Shown piece after piece: positions 38,533 to 48,484 of a stretch of DNA of 64,000 nucleotides. This DNA comes from a virus: positions 3,498 through 67,497 of IMG/VR virus record IMGVR_UViG_3300042691_015471. The stretch is one strand, 5' to 3'. Made by a program: the position numbers and the translations under genes. The notes below the pieces were generated by a model. The model was not told where the DNA came from and made no database searches. It saw nothing but the letters and a program-made list of their open reading frames with translations. Position 1 is the first letter of the stretch; each line of letters opens with the position of its first letter.

Positions 38533-38850
38533 CCTCTTGTGTAACAGATAGCGCCTTACACTATAGAGAAAGTCTCTACCTGCAGGAGCAAGGGAGTAGA
38601 TCATGCTTTCCCTGGTAACAAAGCCAGAATTGATTAGGTGTTTCAGGCTGTGCTTGACATAGGTATATGATATCTGATGATGGCACTGAGCAGCATGTGC
38701 AACGATGGTGGCAATGCGGGGTGTATTGAGATGTTTGATGGAATAGAGGCAGAAGAGCTCAGCAAAGTTGAGAGCTCGGGGGGATCCATATTTGCGGGAG
38801 TATAGATCATTAGCTTTCTGGTAATGGAATATGTACTTCTCAATCTTCAT
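38527..38850 (-). CDS. Winged-helix (MarR-like) protein
   Basis: LKHLINSGFV...YSLAPAGRDFL. Confidence 0.6.
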   Translation of the reverse strand: MKIEKYIFHYQKANDLYSRKYGSPRALNFAELFCLYSIKHLNTPRIATIVAHAAQCHHQISYTYVKHSLKHLINSGFVTRESMIYSLAPAGRDFLYSVRRYLLHKRL

Positions 38851-38865
38851 TGGGTATGTGTTTAG

Positions 38866-39040
38866 TGTAGGGGATCAGGGATGTATAGGTAAGGGTTAAG
38901 GGTTTATATTGTCAAGGGGATCAATGTTGGGGATCATGGGTTAAGGGGCTATGAGGTCAGTGATAGGTTAAAGGGGGTTAGGCATGGGTTAGGTTAAAGG
39001 TTGGGTTGTGTTGGGAGGAAGGGAGGAAGGGGGGTTGTTG
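38866..39040 (+). repeat. G-tract-rich low-complexity non-coding segment
   Basis: Recurrent GGG(G) runs with TTAAGGG, GGGGATC and GGGTT units; very few C on +. Confidence 0.7.
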
Positions 39041-39652
39041 TGGTCTTGCGTATACATGCAGGAACCCCGGCCTCCTCCTCAGCTTTCCCCTGGTTCATAG
39101 GCTTCCTTTTCCCTTCTTTTGTCACAGCGTCCGGCTTCCTCTTCCGGGTCAGGAAGGATAAAGTGAATACAGTATTGGCTTTCAGCGTTTCCGACCATTT
39201 ATGCTACATAAATTTTGTGTGACAATTATCGATTTTGGAATGCCCAAATTGACCCCCACCCGGTCGAATTTCAGCGTTTCACTTCGGTCATCGGCCCAGG
39301 CGTTTTTAATATATTACCCCCACTTCTCGTCCACACACAACCCATATAAAAACTCACGGCTTTATGAATAGTGCTGTGGATTCATTACAGGCGATTCTAG
39401 GACCTCAATTCTTCTACACTATGTGCAACCCTGTTCCCCAGTGGGGTTGCTTTACACCGCTAGCTAACGATCTAGAGGAGGGGTGCGCTTCGTAATCCTA
39501 GTCGATACTATCTCAAGGCAATTAGAGAGGCGTTCCTGAGTTTTCGATCCACCGGCCTAGTGGCTTGTACAGCAAATGTAAACGGCCAACTCTCTAAAAT
39601 ATTTTGTTATCATCAATTGTTCATAAGTTTCAAAACATAATAGAGTGCATTT

Positions 39653-39660
39653 TATCTTTG
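39653..39660 (+). promoter_or_regulatory. -7 element TATCTTTG, divergent from minus-strand TACATTTG at 39573-39580
   Basis: Two exact TAnnTTTG boxes back to back around an AT-rich spacer. Confidence 0.55.
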
Positions 39661-39878
39661 CCATCTTGGTTCCACCTGCTAGGGTAGGGGTCCAATCAAA
39701 ACCCCAAGCTATGTTTATTCCGAGGACGGAAATGTTTAAGCTGATAGCAGGAGCGACAGAGATCCTTCTCTGCCAGGTAACTGGAGCTGCGTGACGTACG
39801 ATGGGGTTGACGGTGCAGTTTTCTTCGCAAAGGGAATACCTTTTAAGCGAAGCTTTGTTCAGTACTCAAAGATTTCTG

Positions 39879-40376
39879 GTGCAGTTTAATCCTAGAAGAT
39901 TTAGTAGAGAATCACATCAGGATTCAGACCTTAGATGCAGGCTTGAGACCATACGTCTGTTTTCATTTCACCCCACCTACAAAGCTGTACTTGCAGAAGA
40001 CTACTACCATGATGACCCGGAGGTGATGTACAAAGTTGACATGCTGTTGATCAACCGTCACACAGGTGAGCACGAACAGAACCTAGAGGTGGAGATGAAG
40101 CGATCCTGGATAGACGAGTTTCCCTTTAGGGACATTCAGTTCCTGCCCAGGAAGAAAGAAAAGTGGGATGACCCCCGGTTCACGTATGGTAAGCCGACTC
40201 ACTGGGTTTTATACAACCGGGATGTTACGCAGCACCTTGTAATTTTTGACCACGTTATTCGGAATATTTCCGATAAACGCATGGTTAATTGTCAGGTTCG
40301 GGGGTTGGAGGAGCTGTACACCATCGACAAATCGTACGCATATTTTGACTATCTAAAATACAATTATGAAAACTAA
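39879..40376 (+). CDS. PD-(D/E)XK nuclease-like protein
   Basis: YKVDML...EVEMKRSW; GTG 39879 preferred as start because 39660-39870 looks structured. Confidence 0.6.
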   Translation: MQFNPRRFSRESHQDSDLRCRLETIRLFSFHPTYKAVLAEDYYHDDPEVMYKVDMLLINRHTGEHEQNLEVEMKRSWIDEFPFRDIQFLPRKKEKWDDPRFTYGKPTHWVLYNRDVTQHLVIFDHVIRNISDKRMVNCQVRGLEELYTIDKSYAYFDYLKYNYEN

Positions 40377-40506
40377 CAAACTTGGCGTAAAAAATAGCCT
40401 GGTCAACAACATCAACGCAAAGAAGAAACAAGGCACCTCCAAACCAAAGAGCAAGTCTACCGTTAGTAAGGAAGACTATGCCAAGTTGAAGAAAGGCTGG
40501 AAGTGA
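40366..40506 (+). CDS. Small basic protein (46 aa, not in the ORF track)
   Basis: MKTNKLGVKNSLVNNINAKKKQGTSKPKSKSTVSKEDYAKLKKGWK. Confidence 0.6.
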   Translation: MKTNKLGVKNSLVNNINAKKKQGTSKPKSKSTVSKEDYAKLKKGWK

Positions 40507-40751
40507 AGAAGCATACAAAAATTTACCTTGAATACTTTGACTACTCTCTTGAGTGTTTTGTCCCGTGTGAAGTCTGCGGTAACCGTGCCGTTGACATTCA
40601 TCATATTGATTGCCGTGGTATGGGTGGCGGCAAAACTAAAGACACGATCGAAAATCTGATGGCGCTGTGCAGATCATGTCATCTTGAGTATGGCGACAAG
40701 AAGCAGCACCTTGATTTTCTGCGGGAGAAACACACATTAACATTGCGTTAG
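40503..40751 (+). CDS. HNH endonuclease
   Basis: CEVCG..AVDIHHI...ENLMALCRSCH. Confidence 0.88.
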   Translation: MKKHTKIYLEYFDYSLECFVPCEVCGNRAVDIHHIDCRGMGGGKTKDTIENLMALCRSCHLEYGDKKQHLDFLREKHTLTLR

Positions 40752-40775
40752 ATTATAACTCTCTAATTTAGCGTC

Positions 40776-41435
40776 ATGATATTACTCCTCATCTCGCTAT
40801 TCACCATCCAATCCATACCAACCCCTGCAGGATACACGAGAGTCCCAGCAGTAGGATTTGGACAGTACCTCAGGAATTTAGCTTTGAAATCTGACAAGAC
40901 AGTGTACCTGTACAATGGTCAGAAGAAACAAAACCAAGATGCGCAGTATGCGGTCGTGGACATATCTGTTGGAGACGAAGATCTGCAGCAGTGCGCTGAC
41001 GCTGTGATGAGGTTGCGTGCCGAGTGGCTCTTCAAGACCAAGCAGTACGACAAGATTGTCTTCAAGAGTGTTCAAGGCAAGTCAATGTACTTTGGCGTTC
41101 CACATGATTACGACCACCTGATGAAGCATTTAGAGGTTGTCTTCAAGACCTGCAACAGCTGGAGTCTTGAACGAGACATGAAACCTAAACGCATTCAAGA
41201 TGTCGAGATTGGGGACGTGCTAATCAAGGGAGGCTTCCCCGGACATGTGGTCATCGTGGTGGATGTTGCCATCAATAAGAGGGGAGAACGGGTGTTTATG
41301 TTGGCACAATCCTACATGCCTGCACAAGATGTTCATATCCTTAATGGCGAAGATGGACCATGGTACCACGCCCGTGAAGGTGTTATCGATACACCCGAGT
41401 ACACCTTCTACAGCAATCAATTGAAGACCTGGTGA
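40776..41435 (+). CDS. DUF4846-like secreted protein
   Basis: Signal-like N-terminus; DLQQCADAVMRLRAE, GGFPGHVVIVVD, LAQSYMPAQ. Confidence 0.75.
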   Translation: MILLLISLFTIQSIPTPAGYTRVPAVGFGQYLRNLALKSDKTVYLYNGQKKQNQDAQYAVVDISVGDEDLQQCADAVMRLRAEWLFKTKQYDKIVFKSVQGKSMYFGVPHDYDHLMKHLEVVFKTCNSWSLERDMKPKRIQDVEIGDVLIKGGFPGHVVIVVDVAINKRGERVFMLAQSYMPAQDVHILNGEDGPWYHAREGVIDTPEYTFYSNQLKTW

Positions 41436-41498
41436 ATTGTTGATAGCTCTGTGCATATCTACGAATCAAGTCGTAGATGATGTTTAATTTTATGGGGT

Positions 41499-42056
41499 AT
41501 GCAATCCCCTACCCGAATAATCGTATCTGTTGAGAAGCGATTCAATGATGAGACCAAGTCAGGTTTCTATGTTGACACTAGCTTTAAGCCGGAGCACCAT
41601 GTGGTTATATCCGGCCAGGTTATCGCAACCGCCAAGAGGTTGCCAAAGGAATTCACGGCATCCGGATTCTACGACACTGTTGAAGTGGGAGACAAGTTGT
41701 ACTTCCACTACTTGGTGGTCTTGGATCCGGATTGTCATTTAGGTGAAGACCGTTACATAGTAGATTACTTCCAGGCTTTGGCCACGGTAAGGAACGACAA
41801 AGTATATGCCGTTGGCGAACACATCCTCATAGAGCCGATGGAAGAAGAGGTGACCCACAGCACCTTGATCATCCCAGAAATGTCCAAGAAGAAGGAGCTG
41901 AACTGCGGAAGGGTATTCGCCTCCAACGACCCCGCCATCCCGGAGGGATCCATCGTTGAGTTTGATGAGCATGGAAAGTTTGAGAATGAGATTGAGGGCA
42001 AAAGGCTATTCGTCATGTATAACTCAAACATCATGTATATCCATGAAAAAAAATAA
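41499..42056 (+). CDS. GroES-like co-chaperonin (tandem domains)
   Basis: VEVGDKLYFHY and ILIEP...STLIIPE...GRV; precedes the packaging genes. Confidence 0.7.
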   Translation: MQSPTRIIVSVEKRFNDETKSGFYVDTSFKPEHHVVISGQVIATAKRLPKEFTASGFYDTVEVGDKLYFHYLVVLDPDCHLGEDRYIVDYFQALATVRNDKVYAVGEHILIEPMEEEVTHSTLIIPEMSKKKELNCGRVFASNDPAIPEGSIVEFDEHGKFENEIEGKRLFVMYNSNIMYIHEKK

Positions 42057-42405
42057 GTACATCAAGCAAATCGCCAATAACCTCCCTGTGGTGGTAGACC
42101 AGACTGTGTCCGGTTATTACCTGGAAGATGGAAAGCCGGTGCCTAATATTGTCAGCCATCCGCTGAACCACGAAAGAAGGTTGAGGAAGGCGTATGAGCA
42201 ATTAGGGATGGAAGGTGTGAAACAATACCTGTATTCAATTTATAATCTACAATTAAAGCACAATGAGAATCTACACAGATTGGACAACATTCAAGACGAA
42301 AAATTACATGTGGGAGATAATGACCAAGAACCTGGAGATCAACCTGTTCCTGATCAGCATCACCCTGTCGCTCCCGTTAAGCGTAAAAAAAGAGTCAATA
42401 GTTGA
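42043..42405 (+). CDS. Hypothetical protein
   Basis: MKKNKYIKQIANNLP...NHERRLRKAY. Confidence 0.55.
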   Translation: MKKNKYIKQIANNLPVVVDQTVSGYYLEDGKPVPNIVSHPLNHERRLRKAYEQLGMEGVKQYLYSIYNLQLKHNENLHRLDNIQDEKLHVGDNDQEPGDQPVPDQHHPVAPVKRKKRVNS

Positions 42406-42533
42406 TTTCAAAGAGCGTTGGATGAAGATTGACCTGGCGTTCAATAAAGCTTTCGCAGAGTTGGAGAAGAAGAAGAAGGCTGTGAAGAAAGATTCGAAGA
42501 ACGCAGCACCGAAGAAGGTCGTTAAAAAGAAGA

Positions 42534-42899
42534 ATGCCAATTAATGGTTCTGCGATAGAATCCTTATTTGATTTTATGGCGATGTCCAAAGGCTTTGTGG
42601 TCTCCGCCCCCCGATCAGACGCATCACAGTACGACAGAATAGTAGACACCTCCAATGGCCTGTACAGGGTTCAGATAAAGGGCAGGAGGGGAAGGGGAGA
42701 GAGATCGATTATGATTAGGGTTCACAGGGCAAATAACAAATTTTACACCAAGGATGAAATTGACGTTATCGCCCTGTACATAGAAGACAACAACTCATGG
42801 TACTTTATCCCGGTTACAGAATGTAAGTATGTGTTCCGGGTTAACATCCAAAAAGATAAGATTGATCAATTCAAGAACAACTGGTCTATATTCAAATGA
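42534..42899 (+). CDS. PD-(D/E)XK endonuclease (homing-type family)
   Basis: YDRIVD...RVQIKG...Y.KDEIDVIALY...WYFIP. Confidence 0.8.
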   Translation: MPINGSAIESLFDFMAMSKGFVVSAPRSDASQYDRIVDTSNGLYRVQIKGRRGRGERSIMIRVHRANNKFYTKDEIDVIALYIEDNNSWYFIPVTECKYVFRVNIQKDKIDQFKNNWSIFK

Positions 42900-43165
42900 A
42901 AAGATTCAAGGTAATATACAAGAACCTGAAGAAGGCTTGGGGTTATGCTGACCTTGAAACTAATGAGGTGCACATGGATCAGAAGGCCAAGGGGAAGAAG
43001 CACATGGAGATAATCATCCACGAATGCCTCCACCTGCTGTGGCCGGAAGAGTCGGAGGCTGACATTGTGAGAAAATCTATAATGATAACCAACACCCTAT
43101 GGCACGAGAAGTACCGCAGGGTTGACGATAGAAATGATTTACCACTTCAAGACGGAACCAAATGA
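42896..43165 (+). CDS. Small HExxH zincin-like protein
   Basis: IIIHECLHLLWP...E. Confidence 0.6.
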   Translation: MKRFKVIYKNLKKAWGYADLETNEVHMDQKAKGKKHMEIIIHECLHLLWPEESEADIVRKSIMITNTLWHEKYRRVDDRNDLPLQDGTK

Positions 43166-43395
43166 CTGAAAGATTTATCAACCTCCCGGCATTTATTTAT
43201 GATGATGGACTTATATGGTTCCATGATCTATACATCAACCCGTTTCAGATTGAGTCTGTTACTGAGGTTGACATGTCCTACACAACCCCCGAAGGGCAGA
43301 CAATTGAAACCAAGGGTAGCAACATTGTTACCAAGTCCGGTGCTGAGCATGACATCAACATGCCTCCCAATGATCTTCTCATGATCATCGGATAA
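43162..43395 (+). CDS. Hypothetical protein
   Basis: Operon-packed ORF. Confidence 0.5.
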   Translation: MTERFINLPAFIYDDGLIWFHDLYINPFQIESVTEVDMSYTTPEGQTIETKGSNIVTKSGAEHDINMPPNDLLMIIG

Positions 43396-43459
43396 TTCAC
43401 CCCCTGTTTTACAGGTACTCTAACGCATGCACAGGTAACTTTGTGACAACCCGTACCAA

Positions 43460-44065
43460 ATGATTCCAGATAAAGACTTCTCTATAATGGAGTTTAACCC
43501 TCTAATAAAGGGTAAGGTCCTAGAGAAATACCCAAAACTGAAAGGGATACTTGGTGACGCTGAGGACAAGGTTATTCGATACATCCTTCTGATGTACGAT
43601 CAGCACAGTCCACTGCGACATCACTACCCCGACCTGACCAAGCGCAAGCAGTTTGCTGCAGACCTGGCCGGATTTGATTTGGACAAGGATGATGTGATAG
43701 GCCTGTACGAGTTCAAGGTTACTAACGATGAGGGCTTTGAGCCGTATGAGGAGTTGATTCGGCTCACCATGAAGTACCTGAAGTATCAGAACAACATGGT
43801 GTGGCAGATGATCGTGAGCAATGAGCAGGCGTTCTTTGAATACAACAAGCGGGTGATGATGCCCGTGGACGGAAGCAGGGACAAGGACATCCTGCAGGCT
43901 GTGGAGATCAAGACCAAGATTATGCAATCTATGGATGATATCTACCAGAGACTGCAGAAATACAACAGGGATTTAACCGGTGGTGATGACATGCTAGAGG
44001 AAGTACTAACCAAAAAGAAAAGGCTGAGGCCTGAGGAGATAGCAAATGTTCGCCCCGGTAGATAA
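43460..44065 (+). CDS. Probable terminase small subunit
   Basis: Immediately upstream of and overlapping TerL; TAACTTTG box at 43436. Confidence 0.55.
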   Translation: MIPDKDFSIMEFNPLIKGKVLEKYPKLKGILGDAEDKVIRYILLMYDQHSPLRHHYPDLTKRKQFAADLAGFDLDKDDVIGLYEFKVTNDEGFEPYEELIRLTMKYLKYQNNMVWQMIVSNEQAFFEYNKRVMMPVDGSRDKDILQAVEIKTKIMQSMDDIYQRLQKYNRDLTGGDDMLEEVLTKKKRLRPEEIANVRPGR

Positions 44066-46046
44066 TGGAACTGTTGAAGTCATACAAGGGCTGACCTGCC
44101 ACCTGCCTCCTGTAGGTTGGGTGTACAATGTAATGACTGGTGAGATTGAGAAACGTGGCGTTTATTCCAGGTCACCCAAGAAATCAGAACAGTATTGGGA
44201 GGCTACCAAGCTTCCCAAGGATTATGATAAACTCAGTGAGAGGGAGCAGAAGCGACAGGAAGAGGATAAAGAGTTCTTTGACCCAGTGCTTGAACAGTTC
44301 AGGCAGCAGGAGTGGGACCGTAGGTTAAATGGGTTTTGGTTCCGATCAAACGGAAACGATGTCTACATAACCGGACTGCACTACTTCTACCTATGCTATT
44401 GGACCCTGGATACCGGACTACCTAAGTACCGTGATACCGACCGTAAGTATTTCTACTTCTTGCAGTATTGTATAGAAGATCCGGAGTGTTTCGGAATGGT
44501 GGAGATTACAAAGCGTAGGCAGGGTAAGACGTTTAGGGGTGGCGTGTTTCTTTATGAATACACCTCCCGAAGCAAGAATGCCCAGGCAGGTATTCAGTCC
44601 AAGACAGGTTCAGATGCGAAGACAGTTTTTCGTAAGGCGGTTATACAGCCTTTCAAAAAGTTACCTGACTTCTTCGTTCCTGTGTTTGATGCTAGTAAAG
44701 GACTTACACCTACATCGGAACTACGATTCTACAATACCGTAGTAAAAGGTAAGAACGCCAACAGGATCCGGGCAGAGGATGAGCTGGAGAGTATGATTGA
44801 CTGGAAGACATCGGAGGCGATCTCTTATGACGGACAGAAGCTCCATCGATACCTGGGAGATGAGGTTGGTAAGACTACCGAGGTTAATGTATGGGAGCGA
44901 TACCTAGTAACAAGGTACTGCCACCTAGATGACGAGGGAAGGATTATTGGTAAGTCGCTCCTGACCACAACTGTGGAAGACATGGAGCAGGGAGGTGAAC
45001 CATTCAAGAAGATATGGGTAAACTCTGACCAGAACAATAAACCCGGGAAGAGGACAGCATCAGGATTATACCGCTACTTCTGTCCTGCTGACGAGACACG
45101 TTACTATGACGAGTTTGGTTATGCAGATAAGGAGAAAGCGCTGAATGAGATACTAGAGGAGCGGAAGCTCTTGACAAATGACCCCCGAGCTCTCAGCTCT
45201 GTAATCCGCAAGGAACCGCTGAGTTGGGAAGAGGCCTTTAGGATAGACGGATCAAAATGTTTGTACAACGCAATGAAGTTGAACGAACGTCTTGACCGGC
45301 TGAGCTGGAAGGATAACCTGACAACCAGGGGAAACTTTGTTTGGGAGGGTGGCGTAAAAGACACCAAGGTGATATGGGAGCCATCACAGAATGGCAGGTG
45401 GGAAGTGGTGAAGTTATTTGACAAGGAAGAAGAAAGCAACAGGATTGTGAAACGAGGTGAATCGTTCACCCCCAACAACCATGGTTTTGTCATGGGCGTT
45501 GACCCGGTGGATCACAATCAAACGCAGGACGGAAGGCGTTCAAATGGAGCAGGATTGGTATTGCAGAAATTCAATGCTGCCCAGGAACACGACCCGTATA
45601 ACTACGCATTCGTGTGTAAGTATATATATCGCCCCGAGTCTGTTCAGATCTTCTATGAGGACATGCTGAAGACAGCAGTCTACTACGGTTGCAGGATCCT
45701 GTTTGAGAATCAGAAAGTGGGGGTCATGCACTACTTCAACGATAGGGGGTACGGAGACTTCCTTATGTGGCTACCTGAAAGAACACAACCAGGTATAGCT
45801 GCATCTCCGAAGACACACCAACACATAGCCGAGCTCACCGAGGCTTACATCAACGACTACTGCGAACGTGTCTTTTTCAAAGACATAGTCAAAGAGTGGT
45901 TGGAGTTCGATATATCAAACACTACCGCATACGATGGCGCAATGGCTGCGGGTTATGCATTGATTGCAGACCAAGCCAAGACAGTAAAACAAGATTTGTC
46001 AGCAGTACGAGATGTCTCTGACTTTTTTAAAGCACATAAAATATGA
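44046..46046 (+). CDS. terL: Terminase large subunit
   Basis: KRRQGKT Walker A, YLGDEVGK Walker B, GVDPVD and YDGAMA nuclease motifs. Confidence 0.92.
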   Translation: MFAPVDNGTVEVIQGLTCHLPPVGWVYNVMTGEIEKRGVYSRSPKKSEQYWEATKLPKDYDKLSEREQKRQEEDKEFFDPVLEQFRQQEWDRRLNGFWFRSNGNDVYITGLHYFYLCYWTLDTGLPKYRDTDRKYFYFLQYCIEDPECFGMVEITKRRQGKTFRGGVFLYEYTSRSKNAQAGIQSKTGSDAKTVFRKAVIQPFKKLPDFFVPVFDASKGLTPTSELRFYNTVVKGKNANRIRAEDELESMIDWKTSEAISYDGQKLHRYLGDEVGKTTEVNVWERYLVTRYCHLDDEGRIIGKSLLTTTVEDMEQGGEPFKKIWVNSDQNNKPGKRTASGLYRYFCPADETRYYDEFGYADKEKALNEILEERKLLTNDPRALSSVIRKEPLSWEEAFRIDGSKCLYNAMKLNERLDRLSWKDNLTTRGNFVWEGGVKDTKVIWEPSQNGRWEVVKLFDKEEESNRIVKRGESFTPNNHGFVMGVDPVDHNQTQDGRRSNGAGLVLQKFNAAQEHDPYNYAFVCKYIYRPESVQIFYEDMLKTAVYYGCRILFENQKVGVMHYFNDRGYGDFLMWLPERTQPGIAASPKTHQHIAELTEAYINDYCERVFFKDIVKEWLEFDISNTTAYDGAMAAGYALIADQAKTVKQDLSAVRDVSDFFKAHKI

Positions 46047-48415
46047 ATGCTGGTTTTCCTTCACACCTGATTAGTCCATCCGAAAAGGGTAGAGATTGGG
46101 TATTACAATTCTGCAAAGCAGCCTGGTCAAGTTTTGAAAATGACAATCCCAGGGAGATGTTCTACCACGCCCGATATCGCTACGAAGTCATTAAGTCGTA
46201 TGCGATGGGAAACCAAAGTATAAACAAGTACCGACCGTTGTTGGGTGTAGCAGAGGAGTCTAAAGAAGATTGGCTAGCAATCGACTGGAGTATCATTCCT
46301 ATCGTTCCAAAGTTCAGAAGGATTGCAATTGGTAAACTTAACAAGATTGGCTATAACATAGATGCCACGCCAATAGATGCGCTGGCAAATGACGAGGTTG
46401 AGGATTTCTTTGCGAAATCAAAAGCCAAGTTGTTGATGAGGGAGCAGGCTATGAAAGTAGATCCTGCCTTGCTAGAAGATCCTGTACTGCAGCTAGAGCC
46501 AAACGAGGCCAAGGACATGGAGGAGTTGGAGATTCAAATGAACTACACGTTCAAGCATCAGATGGCAATCGAAGCTGAGCAGGGGATTAAGTTGGTCCTC
46601 GAGCAGAATGAAGCTGAGAAGCTGCGTGAGAGGATTAAAGAAGATTTGTTTGATTACGGTGTTGCAGGGTACAAGGAGTATATCGATTCCAATGGCGCTA
46701 TCAAGATTAGAAATATCAATCCAAGGAACATCCTGATCAATCACTGCAAGAAGAACGATTTTTCAGATGCATCATACGTTGGTGAGATTATCGAAATGAC
46801 CATTGCCGATTTGAAGCAGATGGCAGGTAATCAGTTCACTCCCGAGCAGTATGAGGATATTGCCAAGAATGTTATTGGTAAGTATGGCAATCCTAAGGAG
46901 TGGCCTTCTTCGTTATCAATCTACAACAAAGGATATGACAAATTCAGGATTCGCTTACTCGACCTTGAGTTATTCTCCGTCAATGAGATGGTGTACGAAC
47001 AAAGAGTGGATAGGCGTGGAAATAAAATATACGCTCGTTCCAAGTACGAAGACCGGAACAAGCGAAAAGAAAAATATGATAGAGTTGCTTACAAGGTAGT
47101 ATACAAAGGCAAGTGGATTATTGATACACAGTACTTGTTTGACTACGGCTTGTGCACAGACATGAAGCGTGCCAAGTCAAGCCTTATGGATACTAAGCTG
47201 TCGTACCATATCTGCGCTCCTGAGTTCTGGGACATGCGTGCATATGGTATGATGGAGCAGCTAATCCCTATAGCTGATGCCATTCAGATTGCATGGTACA
47301 GGATGCAGAACGCCATCAACCAGGCAAGGCCTAAAGGTATCGTGATTGAGATGGGAGCACTTGAGGATATTCCGCTTGGTGCCGGAGGTAAGAAGCTTTC
47401 ACCTATGAAAGTACTTGACCTATATAATAAGACAGGTACCCTGGTGTACAGGAAAGCTGATGCACAAGGACGCATGACCAACTATAAACCAATTGAAGAA
47501 TTGGAGAATGGACTAGGTCGTGACGTAATGAACTACTACCAAATCATACAGAACCACATCCAAATGTTGCGTGATATCACCGGCATGAACGAGATGACTG
47601 ACGGTTCTACTCCTGATCCGAGGACGCTGACTACAGTTGCTAAGCTTGCATACGAGGGTACCAATAACTCTCTTGCCCACATTATTAGTGGCGAAAAGAA
47701 ACTGTTGGAGTCTTTGGCAAATGCCATCATCCTAAGATTACAGGACGTTGCTGCTGTGGGTGGGGTTAAGGGTTACGTAAGATCTCTTGGCGCAAACACC
47801 ATGAGGTTCTTCCAGGTATCACCTAACCTAGCGCTTCACGAGTTCGGGATATTTATAGAAGACAAACCAACAGATGAGCAGAGGGGCATGCTGATGCAAC
47901 AAGTCCAAGCAGGACAGGCAAATGGAATGCTAGATATAGAGGATGCTATCATCATACAGAATACCGACAACCTAAAGGTTGCTCAGCAACTATTGGCGTA
48001 TAAGATTAAGAAACGCAGAGAGCAAGCACAGCAAGAGGCTATGCAGCAACAGCAGCAGAACGCTGAAGTTCAGATGCAGTCGGCTCAAGCTGCAGAGCAA
48101 GCCAAGCAGCAAACCTTGCAGGTGGAAGCACAGGTTAAGTCACAGCTGATCCAGGTAGAAAAAGAGCTTGAAGGGAAGCTTCTTGAAATGAAGTATCAAT
48201 ACGAGCTTATGCTTGAGGAGATGCGCCAAACAGGAAAGCTGAAATCAAAGAAGATGGAGAACCGTGGTAAAAAGTCTGTTCAGAAACTGAAGAACGGAGA
48301 TGTGGATGATGAGATAGAGGATGATGAGATGCCACAGATGATGCAACCAATGCAGCAGCCAATGCAACAACAAATGCCGGAACAAGAAATAGAACAGGAA
48401 GGGGAGATGTCATAA
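46043..48415 (+). CDS. Portal protein
   Basis: 790 aa after TerL; IDWSIIPIVPKF, RDITGMNE..DGS; Gln-rich helical tail. Confidence 0.88.
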   Translation: MNAGFPSHLISPSEKGRDWVLQFCKAAWSSFENDNPREMFYHARYRYEVIKSYAMGNQSINKYRPLLGVAEESKEDWLAIDWSIIPIVPKFRRIAIGKLNKIGYNIDATPIDALANDEVEDFFAKSKAKLLMREQAMKVDPALLEDPVLQLEPNEAKDMEELEIQMNYTFKHQMAIEAEQGIKLVLEQNEAEKLRERIKEDLFDYGVAGYKEYIDSNGAIKIRNINPRNILINHCKKNDFSDASYVGEIIEMTIADLKQMAGNQFTPEQYEDIAKNVIGKYGNPKEWPSSLSIYNKGYDKFRIRLLDLELFSVNEMVYEQRVDRRGNKIYARSKYEDRNKRKEKYDRVAYKVVYKGKWIIDTQYLFDYGLCTDMKRAKSSLMDTKLSYHICAPEFWDMRAYGMMEQLIPIADAIQIAWYRMQNAINQARPKGIVIEMGALEDIPLGAGGKKLSPMKVLDLYNKTGTLVYRKADAQGRMTNYKPIEELENGLGRDVMNYYQIIQNHIQMLRDITGMNEMTDGSTPDPRTLTTVAKLAYEGTNNSLAHIISGEKKLLESLANAIILRLQDVAAVGGVKGYVRSLGANTMRFFQVSPNLALHEFGIFIEDKPTDEQRGMLMQQVQAGQANGMLDIEDAIIIQNTDNLKVAQQLLAYKIKKRREQAQQEAMQQQQQNAEVQMQSAQAAEQAKQQTLQVEAQVKSQLIQVEKELEGKLLEMKYQYELMLEEMRQTGKLKSKKMENRGKKSVQKLKNGDVDDEIEDDEMPQMMQPMQQPMQQQMPEQEIEQEGEMS

Positions 48416-48484
48416 CTATCACCCCCTAAATTCCATTGTTTATCCACATTATAGAAAAACCTTTGCGTAATCAAACTAGACCCT

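Noticed and set aside
42534-42899. Group I intron around the PD-(D/E)XK endonuclease
   Set aside because: The ORF overlaps its neighbours at both ends, leaving no room for an intron core, and no interrupted gene is evident.
48020-48400. Gln/Met-rich repeats at the portal C-terminus
   Set aside because: Ordinary low-complexity tail of podophage portal proteins.
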